Shown here one piece after another: positions 22,530 through 32,979 of a DNA stretch of 64,000 nt. The stretch spans positions 59,704 through 123,703 of the IMG/VR virus record IMGVR_UViG_3300047157_000073. One strand, given 5' to 3'. The notes beneath the pieces are model-generated. The model was not told the origin of the DNA. It saw only the letters and a program-made list of their open reading frames with translations, and did no database searches. Positions within the stretch are counted from its first letter, which is position 1. Every line of letters starts with the position of its first letter. This stretch comes from a virus. Position numbers and translations under genes: made by a program.

Positions 22530-22703
22530 ATGTTAAGTATGTTAATAGAATCAATAAAAGAAAAACTATCTGAGGTATCATCTTGGAATGGTGGAATGTT
22601 TATTGGAACAGGAGTACTAATTATGATTGGTAGTCCAATACTTCACTTAGTAGCTTATGCTGCTATAATTTATGGTATATATTTAATTCTCAAAAAAGGA
22701 TAA
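22530..22703 (+). CDS. Small two-TM membrane protein (holin candidate)
   Basis: 57 aa ORF read from sequence with GGAG RBS; directly precedes spanin-like genes. Confidence 0.5.
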   Translation: MLSMLIESIKEKLSEVSSWNGGMFIGTGVLIMIGSPILHLVAYAAIIYGIYLILKKG

Positions 22704-22710
22704 GTGATTT

Positions 22711-23181
22711 ATGTTTGGTAGTGTTAGAGTGATAATCATGGCAGTAGTATTCATTGGCATCTCTGGTGTTGGTGTATATGTCATGAAATTACGCTCTGAC
22801 AATGCCATTCTACAAGCCAATCAAATTAAATTAGAAATGTCAATCGAATCACAAAAAAAAGTGATTCAAAAACAAAAAGAAGATTTTAGTAAAATTCTTG
22901 CGGCAAACAAGAAGATGAATACTCTTGTCAATAATTTACAAAAAGATATTGATGCATTAGATAAAAGATTTAACAAGGGTGCAAGAGATTTTGGTAAACT
23001 TGCAAATGAGAAACCAAAACTTGTAGAAAAATTAGTCAACAGAGGTAGTGATAGAGCAGGAAGATGTATTGAAATTGCTGGTGGTTCACCTTTAACAGAA
23101 AAGGAAATCAAAGCAACAAAGAAAAGTGAAATCAATACAGAATGTCCTAGTATAGCAAATCCAAATTATGTCGTATATTAG
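22711..23181 (+). CDS. i-spanin (Rz-like)
   Basis: N-terminal TM, long coiled coil, C-terminal Cys; overlaps a lipoprotein gene. Confidence 0.65.
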   Translation: MFGSVRVIIMAVVFIGISGVGVYVMKLRSDNAILQANQIKLEMSIESQKKVIQKQKEDFSKILAANKKMNTLVNNLQKDIDALDKRFNKGARDFGKLANEKPKLVEKLVNRGSDRAGRCIEIAGGSPLTEKEIKATKKSEINTECPSIANPNYVVY

Positions 23182-23552
23182 TATCATATTTTTAGCAGGT
23201 ATTTTAACATTGTCTGGTTGTAGTTCAATCAAACAGTTAGATATTTTTAGTTTAGATTTTGAAAGAGAACCTCTTGCATTAGAAAAACCAACAATTCAAG
23301 AGTTAGAAAAATTAAAATGGATTAATCATTACATCTGAAAATGCAGATGAAGTATTTAAAAAAATGAAAGAACAAGGACTTGACCCTGTTATATTTGGAT
23401 TAAGTGATAATGACTTTAAATTACTTGCAAAAAACTTTGCACAAATTAGAGCTCACATGATGAAATTAAATGTTATGATAGATGAATACAAAGATTACTA
23501 CGAACCTGATGTTATAAATAAAGATAAAGAATCAACAGAGGATAAAAAATAA
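23168..23552 (+). CDS. o-spanin-like lipoprotein (frameshift near 23325)
   Basis: MSYISIIFLAGILTLSGC lipobox read from sequence; continues into 23364..23552. Confidence 0.65.
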
Positions 23553-24031
23553 TGGGTTCATTTAACGGATTTTTAGATGCAAAATTTATACCACCAAGAA
23601 ATTGGTCACTAGATGCTCCGCTCAAATTTAAATCTACACTTCTTACTAAAGAAGAAAGAGAATTATTAGTTGAGTGTGGAATACAAGTAACAAAAACAAC
23701 AAACACAATTACAGTTCCAAAAGGATATGTTACAGACTTAGCTTCTGTACCTAGAGTTTGTTGGTCATTTATAGCACCCTTTGATGTTGCTCGTGCAGCA
23801 GTAGTACATGATATCATGTATGAAAAAATAAATGGTGCGTTTAAAAAAGGAATTATTGAATCTAAAAAAGAGAGAGAGATTTATAGAAAAATTGCAGATA
23901 CAACATTCTTAGAAGGTATGATATCTGCAGAACCAGAAGTGTCTAAATGGAAAATATGGTCTGCATATTATGCAGTAAGAATGTTTGGTCGTTGGGCAAT
24001 CAATAGTTCAGCACCTAGAAAAGGTATTTAA
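23552..24031 (+). CDS. DUF1353-family protein
   Basis: VPKGYVTDLASVPR, AAVVHD.MY, AD..F, Y.AVR.FG. Confidence 0.85.
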   Translation: MGSFNGFLDAKFIPPRNWSLDAPLKFKSTLLTKEERELLVECGIQVTKTTNTITVPKGYVTDLASVPRVCWSFIAPFDVARAAVVHDIMYEKINGAFKKGIIESKKEREIYRKIADTTFLEGMISAEPEVSKWKIWSAYYAVRMFGRWAINSSAPRKGI

Positions 24032-24033
24032 AA

Positions 24034-24318
24034 ATGTGGGAAATGATAGAAAGAATGGCGGATGACCGCCTATGGATTTATACTGCTATTGTTGGAGCAT
24101 TACTCGGTGCTGCTTTCCTAGCATATTTCAAAGACACAAGAATGGGATTATGGATGTATTCCAAGTTTGATGCAACTCTAGACTTCTTAGTTGACAGGTG
24201 GGGTTGGACTTGGTTCAAACAAGATGATAATGCTTGGCGTAAAAGATATCCAAAGATTACAAAAAAAATAGATGAAATGGAAAAAGAAATAAAATCTCTT
24301 AAAAGGAAAATAAAATAA
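24034..24318 (+). CDS. Membrane-anchored hypothetical protein
   Basis: One TM segment. Confidence 0.6.
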   Translation: MWEMIERMADDRLWIYTAIVGALLGAAFLAYFKDTRMGLWMYSKFDATLDFLVDRWGWTWFKQDDNAWRKRYPKITKKIDEMEKEIKSLKRKIK

Positions 24319-24737
24319 TGGCTGTAACAGATATAGAATTAGATGTAGAGCTTCTTAAAAAAGAAGTATCAGACATGAAACAAATTCATGGTCGTTTAGA
24401 TACTGCTATCACAAAGATAACAGATGTATCTAATTGTATTAATCGTATGTTAGCAGTTCATGAAGAAAAGATATCTCAACAAGAAGAAGTTCAAGTTAGA
24501 CAGGCCTCAGAGTTCTCAAATGATGTAAAAGAGTTACACTCTAGAATCACTACAAGTACAAAAGAATTAACAGAGTTAATGACTAAACAACACTATGAAG
24601 CAGATGCTGAAATGAGAAGAATGAGAATGGATATCTCTGAAAGAGTAGTTGTCTTAGAAAAATGGAAGTATCTAATTGTTGGGGGTTCTATAGTAGTAGG
24701 ATTTATTATTTCATCTTATCTTAGATATTTCATGTAA
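24318..24737 (+). CDS. Coiled-coil protein with C-terminal TM, conserved upstream of primase
   Basis: MLAVHEEKI, LEKWKY plus TM. Confidence 0.65.
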   Translation: MAVTDIELDVELLKKEVSDMKQIHGRLDTAITKITDVSNCINRMLAVHEEKISQQEEVQVRQASEFSNDVKELHSRITTSTKELTELMTKQHYEADAEMRRMRMDISERVVVLEKWKYLIVGGSIVVGFIISSYLRYFM

Positions 24738-24741
24738 ACCC

Positions 24742-24771
24742 TTGACATTCTATGTTTAGACCTGTTATTAT
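24742..24771 (+). promoter_or_regulatory. sigma70-like promoter for primase, probably leaderless
   Basis: TTGACA-18-TATTAT with extended TG; ATG 6 nt after the -10 box, no SD. Confidence 0.7.
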
Positions 24772-24777
24772 GGCGAC

Positions 24778-25818
24778 ATGTATTATATTGACCAAAAGTA
24801 TCTTCTTTTAATATCATCACAATTAAAATTATTTAAGAAAAAGAATGACGGATTGTACAATTTTCGTTGTCCTTACTGTGGTGATTCTCAGAAATCTCAA
24901 ACTAAGGCAAGAGGTTTCATGTTTCGTAAAGAAAATACTATGATATATAAGTGTCATAATTGTGGAGTTGGAGCCAGTTTCAAGAACTTTTTAAAACAAG
25001 TTGATTCAAAAATTCACAATGAATATATATTAGAAAGGTACAAGAAAAAAGAGTTTGAACCAGACATAAGTCAGTTTAAACAACCTAAATTTTTAGTAAA
25101 AGATTCACCATTAAAATCTCTTATTAAGATATCAACATTGGAGCATACACACCCTGTAAAGAAATACATAGAGAGTAGACAAATACCAAGTCATACTCAT
25201 CATGAACTATTTCTAGCCCCAAAGTTTTACGAATGGGTTAATTCTTTAGTACCAAATAAGTTTCCTAGTCTAGATGGTGACCATCCAAGATTAGTGATAC
25301 CATTTTTTGATGAACAGAATAAGATGTTTGCTTTTCAAGGAAGAGCATTTGGAAAAGAGATTCCAAAATACATAACTATTATTCTTGATTCAGAGAAAGA
25401 TAAAATTTATGGTCTTAATAATGTAGATTGGAATAAAAAAGTTTATGTTGTTGAAGGCCCGATTGATAGTTTGTTTTTAGAAAACTGTATTGCAACAGCT
25501 CAATCAGATTTAAGAATTAAAAATAAAAAAGAAAATGTAATTCTTATACCTGATAACGAACCTCGTAATAAAGAAATTGTAAAACAGATTGAAAGATTTA
25601 TAAATGATGGTTACTCTGTTGTATTATGGCCAGAGTATGTGAAAGAAAAAGATATTAATGAAATGGTGTTGTCTGGTAAAACAGACACAGAGATTAAAAC
25701 AATTATAAATGAACATGTGTATTCTGGCATTGAAGCCAAAACACAATTTGTTTTTTGGAAAAAGGTAGAATTAAAAAATGAAAAAAACTTATCTCGGAAT
25801 CAGTATAGACACAGATAA
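24778..25818 (+). CDS. 61: DNA primase gp61
   Basis: CPYCGDS..CHNC zinc finger; EGPIDS, DNEPRN, KDINEM. Confidence 0.96.
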   Translation: MYYIDQKYLLLISSQLKLFKKKNDGLYNFRCPYCGDSQKSQTKARGFMFRKENTMIYKCHNCGVGASFKNFLKQVDSKIHNEYILERYKKKEFEPDISQFKQPKFLVKDSPLKSLIKISTLEHTHPVKKYIESRQIPSHTHHELFLAPKFYEWVNSLVPNKFPSLDGDHPRLVIPFFDEQNKMFAFQGRAFGKEIPKYITIILDSEKDKIYGLNNVDWNKKVYVVEGPIDSLFLENCIATAQSDLRIKNKKENVILIPDNEPRNKEIVKQIERFINDGYSVVLWPEYVKEKDINEMVLSGKTDTEIKTIINEHVYSGIEAKTQFVFWKKVELKNEKNLSRNQYRHR

Positions 25819-27547
25819 AGACAAATTACTTTCAACACAAGCTGCAAAACTATTAAAAGATTATTATTGTATAGAGGGAGAAGATTCACCACAGATGGCA
25901 TATGCTCGTGCAGCTAAGGCATATTGTTATGGTGACTTAAAACTTGCACAAAGAATTTATAATTATGTTTCTAACAAATGGTTTATGTTTGCATCACCTG
26001 TATTATCAAATGCACCTAAACCAAATGCTAAAGTAAAAGCATTACCGATATCATGTTTTCTATCCTATGTACCAGACACTCTCGAAGGTTTGATTGACCA
26101 CACATCAGAATTAAGATGGTTATCAGTTAAAGGCGGGGGTGTTGGTGGACATTGGTCAGATGTTCGTTCAGTATCAGACATAGCCCCTGGCCCTGTTCCA
26201 TTTTTACATACAGTAGATGCCGATATGACAGCCTATCGACAAGGAAAGACTAGAAAGGGTTCATATGCCGCCTATATGGATGTATCACACCCCGATATTC
26301 TAGAGTTTTTAACTATAAGGATACCAACAGGGGATGTGGGTAGAAAGTGTCTTAACATGCATCACGCAGTCAATGTGACAGATGATTTTATGACTGCAGT
26401 AGAAGATAATGAAGATTGGAATTTACTAGACCCAAATGAGGATACAATTAGAGAAACACATAAGGCTCGTAAAATTTGGGAGGCAATATTAGAAACAAGA
26501 TTTAGAACAGGTGAACCATATATTAATTTTATTGATACTGCAAATCGTTATCTACCAAAACCAATGAAGAAAAAAGGATTAAAAATTCATGGTTCAAATT
26601 TATGTAATGAAATACATCTTCCAACAAACGAAGAAAGAACAGCAGTTTGTTGTCTATCATCTTTAAATTTAGAATTGTATGATGAATGGAAAGACACAGA
26701 TGTTGTAAAAGATTTAATTACATTTTTAGATAATGTATTACAATTCTTTATAGACAATGCACCAGACTATATTAGTCGTGCAAGATACTCTGCAACACAA
26801 GAAAGGTCATTAGGATTGGGTGCAATGGGATTACATTCATTATATCAAAAACATAATATGCCATTTGATTCACTTAGGGCAAGAACATTGAATGAAGAAA
26901 TATTTAAAAAGATAAAAGAAGATTCTTTAGAACAAACTCTTATACTTGGTAAAGAAAGAGGTGAGGCACCAGACATGAAAGGAACAGGTAAAAGAAATGC
27001 ACATTTACTTGCCATTGCTCCAAATGCAAACAGTTCTATGATTACAGGATGTTCACCATCTATTGAACCACATAAGGCCAATGCATATACACACAGAACA
27101 AGAGCAGGGTCACATTTAATTAAAAATAGATATTTAAGAGAAGAATTACAAAAACTAAATATGGATACACCAGAAGTATGGACATCAATAATTACTAATG
27201 GTGGTTCGGTTCAGCATTTAGATTTTATAAATGATAATATCAAGGAAGTTTTTAAAACTGCAATAGAGATAAATCAAAGAGAAATAATAACACAAGGTGG
27301 TGACAGACAACAATATTTATGTCAAGGTCAATCACTCAATATATTCTTTCCTGCAGGAGCTTCTAAAAAATATTTACATGATGTTCACATGCAGGCATGG
27401 AAAGATGAATGCAAAGGATTATATTATTTAAGGACAGAAACATCTCACAGAGCAGAGAATGTTGCTGAAAAAGTTAAGTTAAACAAATTAAAAGATTACT
27501 CAGAAGATGCACAGACAGAAGAAGACTGTGAAGCTTGTCAAGGTTAA
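25778..27547 (+). CDS. nrdA: Class Ia ribonucleotide reductase alpha subunit
   Basis: SCF, SNLCNE, VCCLSS, APNANSS, GLYYLR, C-terminal CEACQG. Confidence 0.96.
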   Translation: MKKTYLGISIDTDKDKLLSTQAAKLLKDYYCIEGEDSPQMAYARAAKAYCYGDLKLAQRIYNYVSNKWFMFASPVLSNAPKPNAKVKALPISCFLSYVPDTLEGLIDHTSELRWLSVKGGGVGGHWSDVRSVSDIAPGPVPFLHTVDADMTAYRQGKTRKGSYAAYMDVSHPDILEFLTIRIPTGDVGRKCLNMHHAVNVTDDFMTAVEDNEDWNLLDPNEDTIRETHKARKIWEAILETRFRTGEPYINFIDTANRYLPKPMKKKGLKIHGSNLCNEIHLPTNEERTAVCCLSSLNLELYDEWKDTDVVKDLITFLDNVLQFFIDNAPDYISRARYSATQERSLGLGAMGLHSLYQKHNMPFDSLRARTLNEEIFKKIKEDSLEQTLILGKERGEAPDMKGTGKRNAHLLAIAPNANSSMITGCSPSIEPHKANAYTHRTRAGSHLIKNRYLREELQKLNMDTPEVWTSIITNGGSVQHLDFINDNIKEVFKTAIEINQREIITQGGDRQQYLCQGQSLNIFFPAGASKKYLHDVHMQAWKDECKGLYYLRTETSHRAENVAEKVKLNKLKDYSEDAQTEEDCEACQG

Positions 27548-27557
27548 GGAGAGAATA

Positions 27558-28790
27558 ATGGAAGTACAAATTTATACAAAAACAGATTGCCCATTTTGCG
27601 TTCAAGCAAAACAATGGTTCAAAGAATTTAACATAGATGTTATTGAACATTGTATGGATGTAGAAGAAGATAGATTATCATTCTTTCAAAGAATCAATCA
27701 TAATCAAGAACAGTTGGGTGAGAAGTTACCACAGATTAATACTGTACCTCAAATATTTGTAGATGGTAATCGTATTGGTGGATATGCAGAGTTACTTAAA
27801 AAACAAGAAACAATTTTAAAAAATAGAGGTGGGTCTCTTACTAAGTTATCAGAAACTTATAAACCATTTTACTATCCATTTGCTGTTGACTTAACAATTA
27901 AACATGAGAAGGCACATTGGATTGAGGATGAAGTTGATTTATCAGAAGATGTTACAGATTGGAAGATGAATAAAATATCAAAAGTTGAAAAAGATTACAT
28001 CACAAATATATTAAGATTATTCACACAGTCAGATGTTGCAGTCGGTCAAAACTATTATGACCAATTTATTCCTAAATTTAAAAACAATGAAGTTAGAAAT
28101 ATGTTAGGTTCATTTGCAAATAGAGAAGGTGTACATCAAAGAGCATATGCATTATTAAATGATACACTAGGATTACCAGATAGTGAATATCATGCATTCT
28201 TAGAATATAAAGAGATGGCAAATAAAATAGAGTACATGCAAAAGTCAGATAACTCTACACACAGAGGACTTGCACTTGCATTGGCAAAATCTGTATTCAA
28301 TGAAGGTGTTGCTTTGTTTGCATCATTTGTTATGTTACTTAACTTCCAAAGATTTGGTAAGATGAAAGGAATGGGTAAAGTAGTTGAATGGTCTATTCGT
28401 GATGAATCTATGCATGTTGAGGGTAACTCTAATTTATTTAAATCATTCTGTGCAGAACATCCTAAACTTGTAGATGATAGTTTTAAAAAAGAAATCTACA
28501 TGATGGCTACAGAGATTGTAAAACTAGAAGACAAATTTATTGACTTGGCATACAGTCTAGGTGATATAGAAGGTCTATCTGCTGATGATGTTAAAAAATA
28601 TATCAGATATATAACAGATAGAAGATTATTACAATTAGGACTAAAAACAACATTTAAAGTAAAAGAAAATCCATTGTCATGGTTAGAATGGGTACTCAAT
28701 GGTGCAGACCATACAAACTTCTTTGAGAATCGTGTAACTGAATATGAAGTTGCAGGACTATCAGGTAATTGGGAAACTGCATATAACTAA
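27558..28790 (+). CDS. nrdB: Glutaredoxin fused to ribonucleotide reductase beta subunit
   Basis: CPFC and TVPQIF..IGG, then E.VH..AY, DESMH, NFFE. Confidence 0.93.
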   Translation: MEVQIYTKTDCPFCVQAKQWFKEFNIDVIEHCMDVEEDRLSFFQRINHNQEQLGEKLPQINTVPQIFVDGNRIGGYAELLKKQETILKNRGGSLTKLSETYKPFYYPFAVDLTIKHEKAHWIEDEVDLSEDVTDWKMNKISKVEKDYITNILRLFTQSDVAVGQNYYDQFIPKFKNNEVRNMLGSFANREGVHQRAYALLNDTLGLPDSEYHAFLEYKEMANKIEYMQKSDNSTHRGLALALAKSVFNEGVALFASFVMLLNFQRFGKMKGMGKVVEWSIRDESMHVEGNSNLFKSFCAEHPKLVDDSFKKEIYMMATEIVKLEDKFIDLAYSLGDIEGLSADDVKKYIRYITDRRLLQLGLKTTFKVKENPLSWLEWVLNGADHTNFFENRVTEYEVAGLSGNWETAYN

Positions 28791-28972
28791 TAAGGACATT
28801 TATGCCAATTAAAGAAATAGTATGTGAATCATGCGAAGCATCATTTACAATAGAATATGAAATGTTAGGAACGACAATATCTAGTTAGATTTTGCCCATT
28901 TTGTAATGAAGAATTAACAGAAGAATTCACTCGTGAAGTTGAAGAATTGAATGATGATGAACCTTATGATAT

Positions 28973-29305
28973 ATGAAAACAAGTTCAGCAAAAGCAAAAG
29001 GTAGAAAACTACAACAATGGATGAGAAATCTTTTAATTGAAAAATTAGAAGTACACCCAGAAGATATTGAATCTAGAAGTATGGGTGCTGGTGGTGAAGA
29101 CTTAATCATGGCAAGAGCTGCCAGAGAAAAGTTTCCATTATCAATCGAATGCAAAAATCAAGAAGCAGTAAATGTTTGGAAATCTTACGAACAGGCTGCT
29201 GAAAATTCTGGTAAGTATGAACCTGTAGTTGTAATCAAAAGAAATAAATCAAAACCTTTAGTTGTCATTGATGCTGAATACTTTGTTTCTTTGTTCGATA
29301 AATAA
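28973..29305 (+). CDS. Putative Holliday-junction-resolvase-like nuclease
   Basis: KAKGR.LQ, G.D, IECKNQE PD-(D/E)xK pattern. Confidence 0.7.
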   Translation: MKTSSAKAKGRKLQQWMRNLLIEKLEVHPEDIESRSMGAGGEDLIMARAAREKFPLSIECKNQEAVNVWKSYEQAAENSGKYEPVVVIKRNKSKPLVVIDAEYFVSLFDK

Positions 29306-29311
29306 TAGACT

Positions 29312-29593
29312 ATGAAATTATTTTTTACAATATTAACAGAGTTTGGTTTACCAGTTGCAGCTGCATTGATAATGGGTTTTTTTATTTACCTAATTATTAA
29401 ATACATTTTAGAATCTGTTATTGGTCAAGTTAAAACTATGCACGCCATAATTACTATGTTAGACAACAGAGTTAAAACTATGAATCACGATATGATAAGA
29501 TTGGATTTACTTATATCACATTCACTAAATCTAAAACCAGATGAAGATAGAATATCTAGAGCAGATGGTAAAAATGATGCGAGGCGTGACTAA
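29312..29593 (+). CDS. Small membrane protein
   Basis: FGLPVAAA TM then coiled coil LDNRVKTMNHDMIR. Confidence 0.7.
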   Translation: MKLFFTILTEFGLPVAAALIMGFFIYLIIKYILESVIGQVKTMHAIITMLDNRVKTMNHDMIRLDLLISHSLNLKPDEDRISRADGKNDARRD

Positions 29594-29874
29594 TGCAAAA
29601 TGCTACAGTAATTGATTTACTAAACCAATATGGATTTGCAACAATAGCTGCAATCGGTATGGGTTGGTTTATATATTTTATCTACAAATATATAACAACA
29701 GAAATTAAAGTAAAACTAGGCGAGATGAATGTTGTGCTCATTGCACTCATTGATAGAGTAAGAATGTTAGATAATGATATCATAAGATTAAAAAGTAAAG
29801 TTAATACTGTTCTTGAATTAAGAGAAAAAGAACAAAACCCCCCTAAGACACCCTCAAAAAAGAGAAATACATAA
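29593..29874 (+). CDS. Small membrane protein, paralog-like to the preceding gene
   Basis: YGFATIAA TM then LIDRVRMLDNDIIR. Confidence 0.7.
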   Translation: MQNATVIDLLNQYGFATIAAIGMGWFIYFIYKYITTEIKVKLGEMNVVLIALIDRVRMLDNDIIRLKSKVNTVLELREKEQNPPKTPSKKRNT

Positions 29875-29896
29875 GTCAATTCTTATAAATACAGAT

Positions 29897-30379
29897 ATGA
29901 TAACACTAGAATTTAAAAAGATAGTGTTAGTATTCTACGCATTATGTATTTCCTTGATTAATACTAGCACAGCAAGTGAGTTAACTCACAAGTTTGGTAA
30001 TCCTGCTTTTAGTAAAGAGGGTTATTCTCAACATGCATTATCAATAGAACAATTACAATACACTAGAGAAAATGATAGAATTAAAGATGAGAAGTCTGCA
30101 ATATCACAAGCAGAAAGAGATGAGAAGAATAAAACAATTAATAAATTTATTGCCAATGTAGAAAGTCGTATCTATGCTAACTTATCTAAACAGTTAGTAG
30201 ACAATATGTTTGGTACAAGTTGTACATCTAATTGTGCAACAAGTGGAACAGCAGAAGTAGAAGGTTCTCAAATATATTGGGTAAAAGATTCATCAACAGA
30301 TGTTATAACATTGACAATAACAGACACAACAGGAACAGTATCAACAATGTCTGTACCAGTTGGTGATTTTATTTTTTAG
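29897..30379 (+). CDS. csgF: CsgF-like curli assembly protein
   Basis: Signal peptide, then LTHKFGNPAFS (cf. CsgF F.F.NP.FG); F..N.ESRI...LSKQL. Confidence 0.75.
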   Translation: MITLEFKKIVLVFYALCISLINTSTASELTHKFGNPAFSKEGYSQHALSIEQLQYTRENDRIKDEKSAISQAERDEKNKTINKFIANVESRIYANLSKQLVDNMFGTSCTSNCATSGTAEVEGSQIYWVKDSSTDVITLTITDTTGTVSTMSVPVGDFIF

Positions 30380-30387
30380 GATAGATT

Positions 30388-31203
30388 ATGTCTTGGACTT
30401 ATATATTAATATTTTTAATGGGAATGTGCCTGTCAGGTTGTTCAACAACAATGGGAAACTATGTTGAATATTCTGATAAACCTTTTACACAAGTTACCCC
30501 AACAGGTGACTTGTTAAGGAATGTACCTGATTTAGGGCAAGAGAAAATAACTATTGCCATTTATGATTTTCCTGATAGAACAGGACAGAGAAAACCAAGT
30601 ACTAATTTTTCTCAATTAAGTACGGCAGTTACACAAGGGCCTGAAGTGTATTTAATACAGGCACTTAAAATGGTAAGTGAGGGAGATTGGTTTACAGTAG
30701 TAGAGAGAAAAGGATTAAGTAGTCTAGTCAAAGAAAGACAATTGGTTAGGTCTACAAGAGAATTATATGATGGTGAAAAATCTGCAAACACAGTATTGAA
30801 ACCACTGATATTTGCAGGTCTTATTATAGAGGGTGGAGTTGTTAGTTATGATTCAAATATGATAAGTGGTGGTGAGGGTGCAAGGGTATTTGGTATTGGA
30901 GCTTCCAAACAATATCGAACAGACCAAGTAACTATTAGTATGAGAATAATTGCAGTGCAAACAGGAGAAGTATTGATGACAATATCAGCAAGTAAAACTA
31001 TTGCAAGTCATCAAGCAGGTGCAGATGTATTTAGATTCTTTGATTTAAGGACTAAAGCATTAGAAGTAGAATCTGGCGCAGCTGTCAATGAACCGACAGA
31101 CTATGCCATTCGTTCTGCTATAGAGTATGGTGTTTTAAAAATGGTTGAGAAAGGTGAGAAACTAGGGTATTGGAAGTTTAAGAAATGGAGAGTAGAAGAA
31201 TGA
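30388..31203 (+). CDS. csgG: CsgG curli secretion channel lipoprotein
   Basis: Lipobox LSGC; YDFPDRTGQRKP, STAVTQG, WFTVVERKGL..L.KERQ, IIEGG. Confidence 0.92.
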   Translation: MSWTYILIFLMGMCLSGCSTTMGNYVEYSDKPFTQVTPTGDLLRNVPDLGQEKITIAIYDFPDRTGQRKPSTNFSQLSTAVTQGPEVYLIQALKMVSEGDWFTVVERKGLSSLVKERQLVRSTRELYDGEKSANTVLKPLIFAGLIIEGGVVSYDSNMISGGEGARVFGIGASKQYRTDQVTISMRIIAVQTGEVLMTISASKTIASHQAGADVFRFFDLRTKALEVESGAAVNEPTDYAIRSAIEYGVLKMVEKGEKLGYWKFKKWRVEE

Positions 31204-31883
31204 AAAAAATAATATCAATAATGATGTTGATGATTATTTCGTTATCGGTTTATGCTAATGATATCTACATAAACCAATCTGGTGCTACACTAGATTTAGA
31301 TATCACACAAGATGGCCAGAATAACACAGTAGGAAGTTCTAGTACAGCTTCTAGTGTGATTGGTGCGACAACAAACTTGGCAATTACACAAGTAGGTGAT
31401 AATAATGTCATGACTTTTGATGTTAATGGTGCAACCTATACAGGTACATATTCTGTAACAGGTAACTCAAACAACATAGACTTTAATTGTGATAGTGGTG
31501 GAAGTAATTCAAGTTGTGGTACTGCTACTGCATCTATCGTTTGGGTAGGTTCATCTAATGATATTGACATAGACATAGGTGAAACATCATCTGCTACAGG
31601 TGCAACAGTATCTATTACTGGTGCAAGTGGTAGTGATAGTAATACAGTCTTAGGTACAATAGATGGTAATTCAGCAATACTAACATTGTCAATTAATGGA
31701 GATACAAATAACTTCTTAGTTGATATAGATGGTAATGGAGATAGTGTTGGACATACTTACATACACACTCATACAGGTTCTATCGCAGATGTAGATATAA
31801 CTCAAAGTGGTATCTATGATAACATGATAACATTAACAACATCTGGTGATAATCACGATATAGATATAATACAACGAGATTAA
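31200..31883 (+). CDS. Curlin-like secreted beta-solenoid protein
   Basis: Signal peptide; about nine I.(Q/x).G..N repeats of roughly 22-25 aa. Confidence 0.75.
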   Translation: MKKIISIMMLMIISLSVYANDIYINQSGATLDLDITQDGQNNTVGSSSTASSVIGATTNLAITQVGDNNVMTFDVNGATYTGTYSVTGNSNNIDFNCDSGGSNSSCGTATASIVWVGSSNDIDIDIGETSSATGATVSITGASGSDSNTVLGTIDGNSAILTLSINGDTNNFLVDIDGNGDSVGHTYIHTHTGSIADVDITQSGIYDNMITLTTSGDNHDIDIIQRD

Positions 31884-31884
31884 A

Positions 31885-32979
31885 ATGAAAAAGTTTTTTA
31901 TTATGATTTTGTTGTTTAGCACTAATGCCTTCAGTGCATCTATTGGTGATGTAATATTACAAGAAGGCAATGGTGTTGTAGAGAGAAAAGAGGGTGATGA
32001 GTTTGAAAGTAAGAAAGACTTAGACATTTTTTCTTATGACACAGTTAGAACAGGCAAAGGTAAAACTGCCATTGAGTTTGTTGATGATACTAGAGTAGAT
32101 GTAACAGAACATTCTAAACTAGTAATTGATGAATTTGTTTATGACCCAAATACAAAAACAGGTGCCTTATCTCTAAAGGCATCTTTGGGTACAGTAAGAT
32201 ATGCATCTGGTCAGATTGCAAAAAACTCAAAACAAAATGTAAAGATAAAAACACCAACAGCAACAATCGGTGTTCGTGGAACAGACTTTACAATGACTAT
32301 AGATGAAACAGGTAGTTCTACAATTATACTATTACCATCATGTGATACAAATGGTAATTGTTATGTAGGAGAAATTGATGTAACATCAGATGCTGGACAA
32401 GTTATCATGAATCAAGCATTTCAAGCCACAGTTGTTGAAACAGTTGCAAGTAATCCTATGAAACCTGTCATTCTAGATTTAGATGAAAAACTAATTGGTA
32501 ATTTATTAATTATATCTAAACCAAAAGAAATACAAGAACAACAAAACAAAGAAGACTATGTAAAAATTGCCAATGCATTAGAGATTGACTTTTTAGAATT
32601 TGATGATTTAGAAATAGATTATCTAGAAGAAGAAACAGAGAATTGGGCAACAGGATTAGATATAGATTTTTTAGAACAAAACTTCTTAGTAAACATTCTA
32701 GACCAAATCAATGCTGAGTTGGCAAAGGCAATGAGAAGTGAATTTGATAAAGGTCAAGATGGTATAAGATTAGGTAAAGACCCAGAAACAGGTATTACAG
32801 TATTAGATGAAGACCCCGATTGGGTGTGGAGTAGAGAGGATGCTGCTGGTAATTATATTGAATTAAGACTTAATAAAGAATATGGTTATGTTCTAAATAT
32901 AACACAAGGTGATTATGAAATTATTGATTACGAATTAGGGGGAGTAGAAAATGCAATTACAATTAATCAAATTCAGTAG
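31885..32979 (+). CDS. FecR-domain periplasmic protein with acidic C-terminal extension
   Basis: D.VRTG...I.F.D.T, TPTATIGVRGTDF, GEI.V; signal peptide. Confidence 0.88.
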   Translation: MKKFFIMILLFSTNAFSASIGDVILQEGNGVVERKEGDEFESKKDLDIFSYDTVRTGKGKTAIEFVDDTRVDVTEHSKLVIDEFVYDPNTKTGALSLKASLGTVRYASGQIAKNSKQNVKIKTPTATIGVRGTDFTMTIDETGSSTIILLPSCDTNGNCYVGEIDVTSDAGQVIMNQAFQATVVETVASNPMKPVILDLDEKLIGNLLIISKPKEIQEQQNKEDYVKIANALEIDFLEFDDLEIDYLEEETENWATGLDIDFLEQNFLVNILDQINAELAKAMRSEFDKGQDGIRLGKDPETGITVLDEDPDWVWSREDAAGNYIELRLNKEYGYVLNITQGDYEIIDYELGGVENAITINQIQ

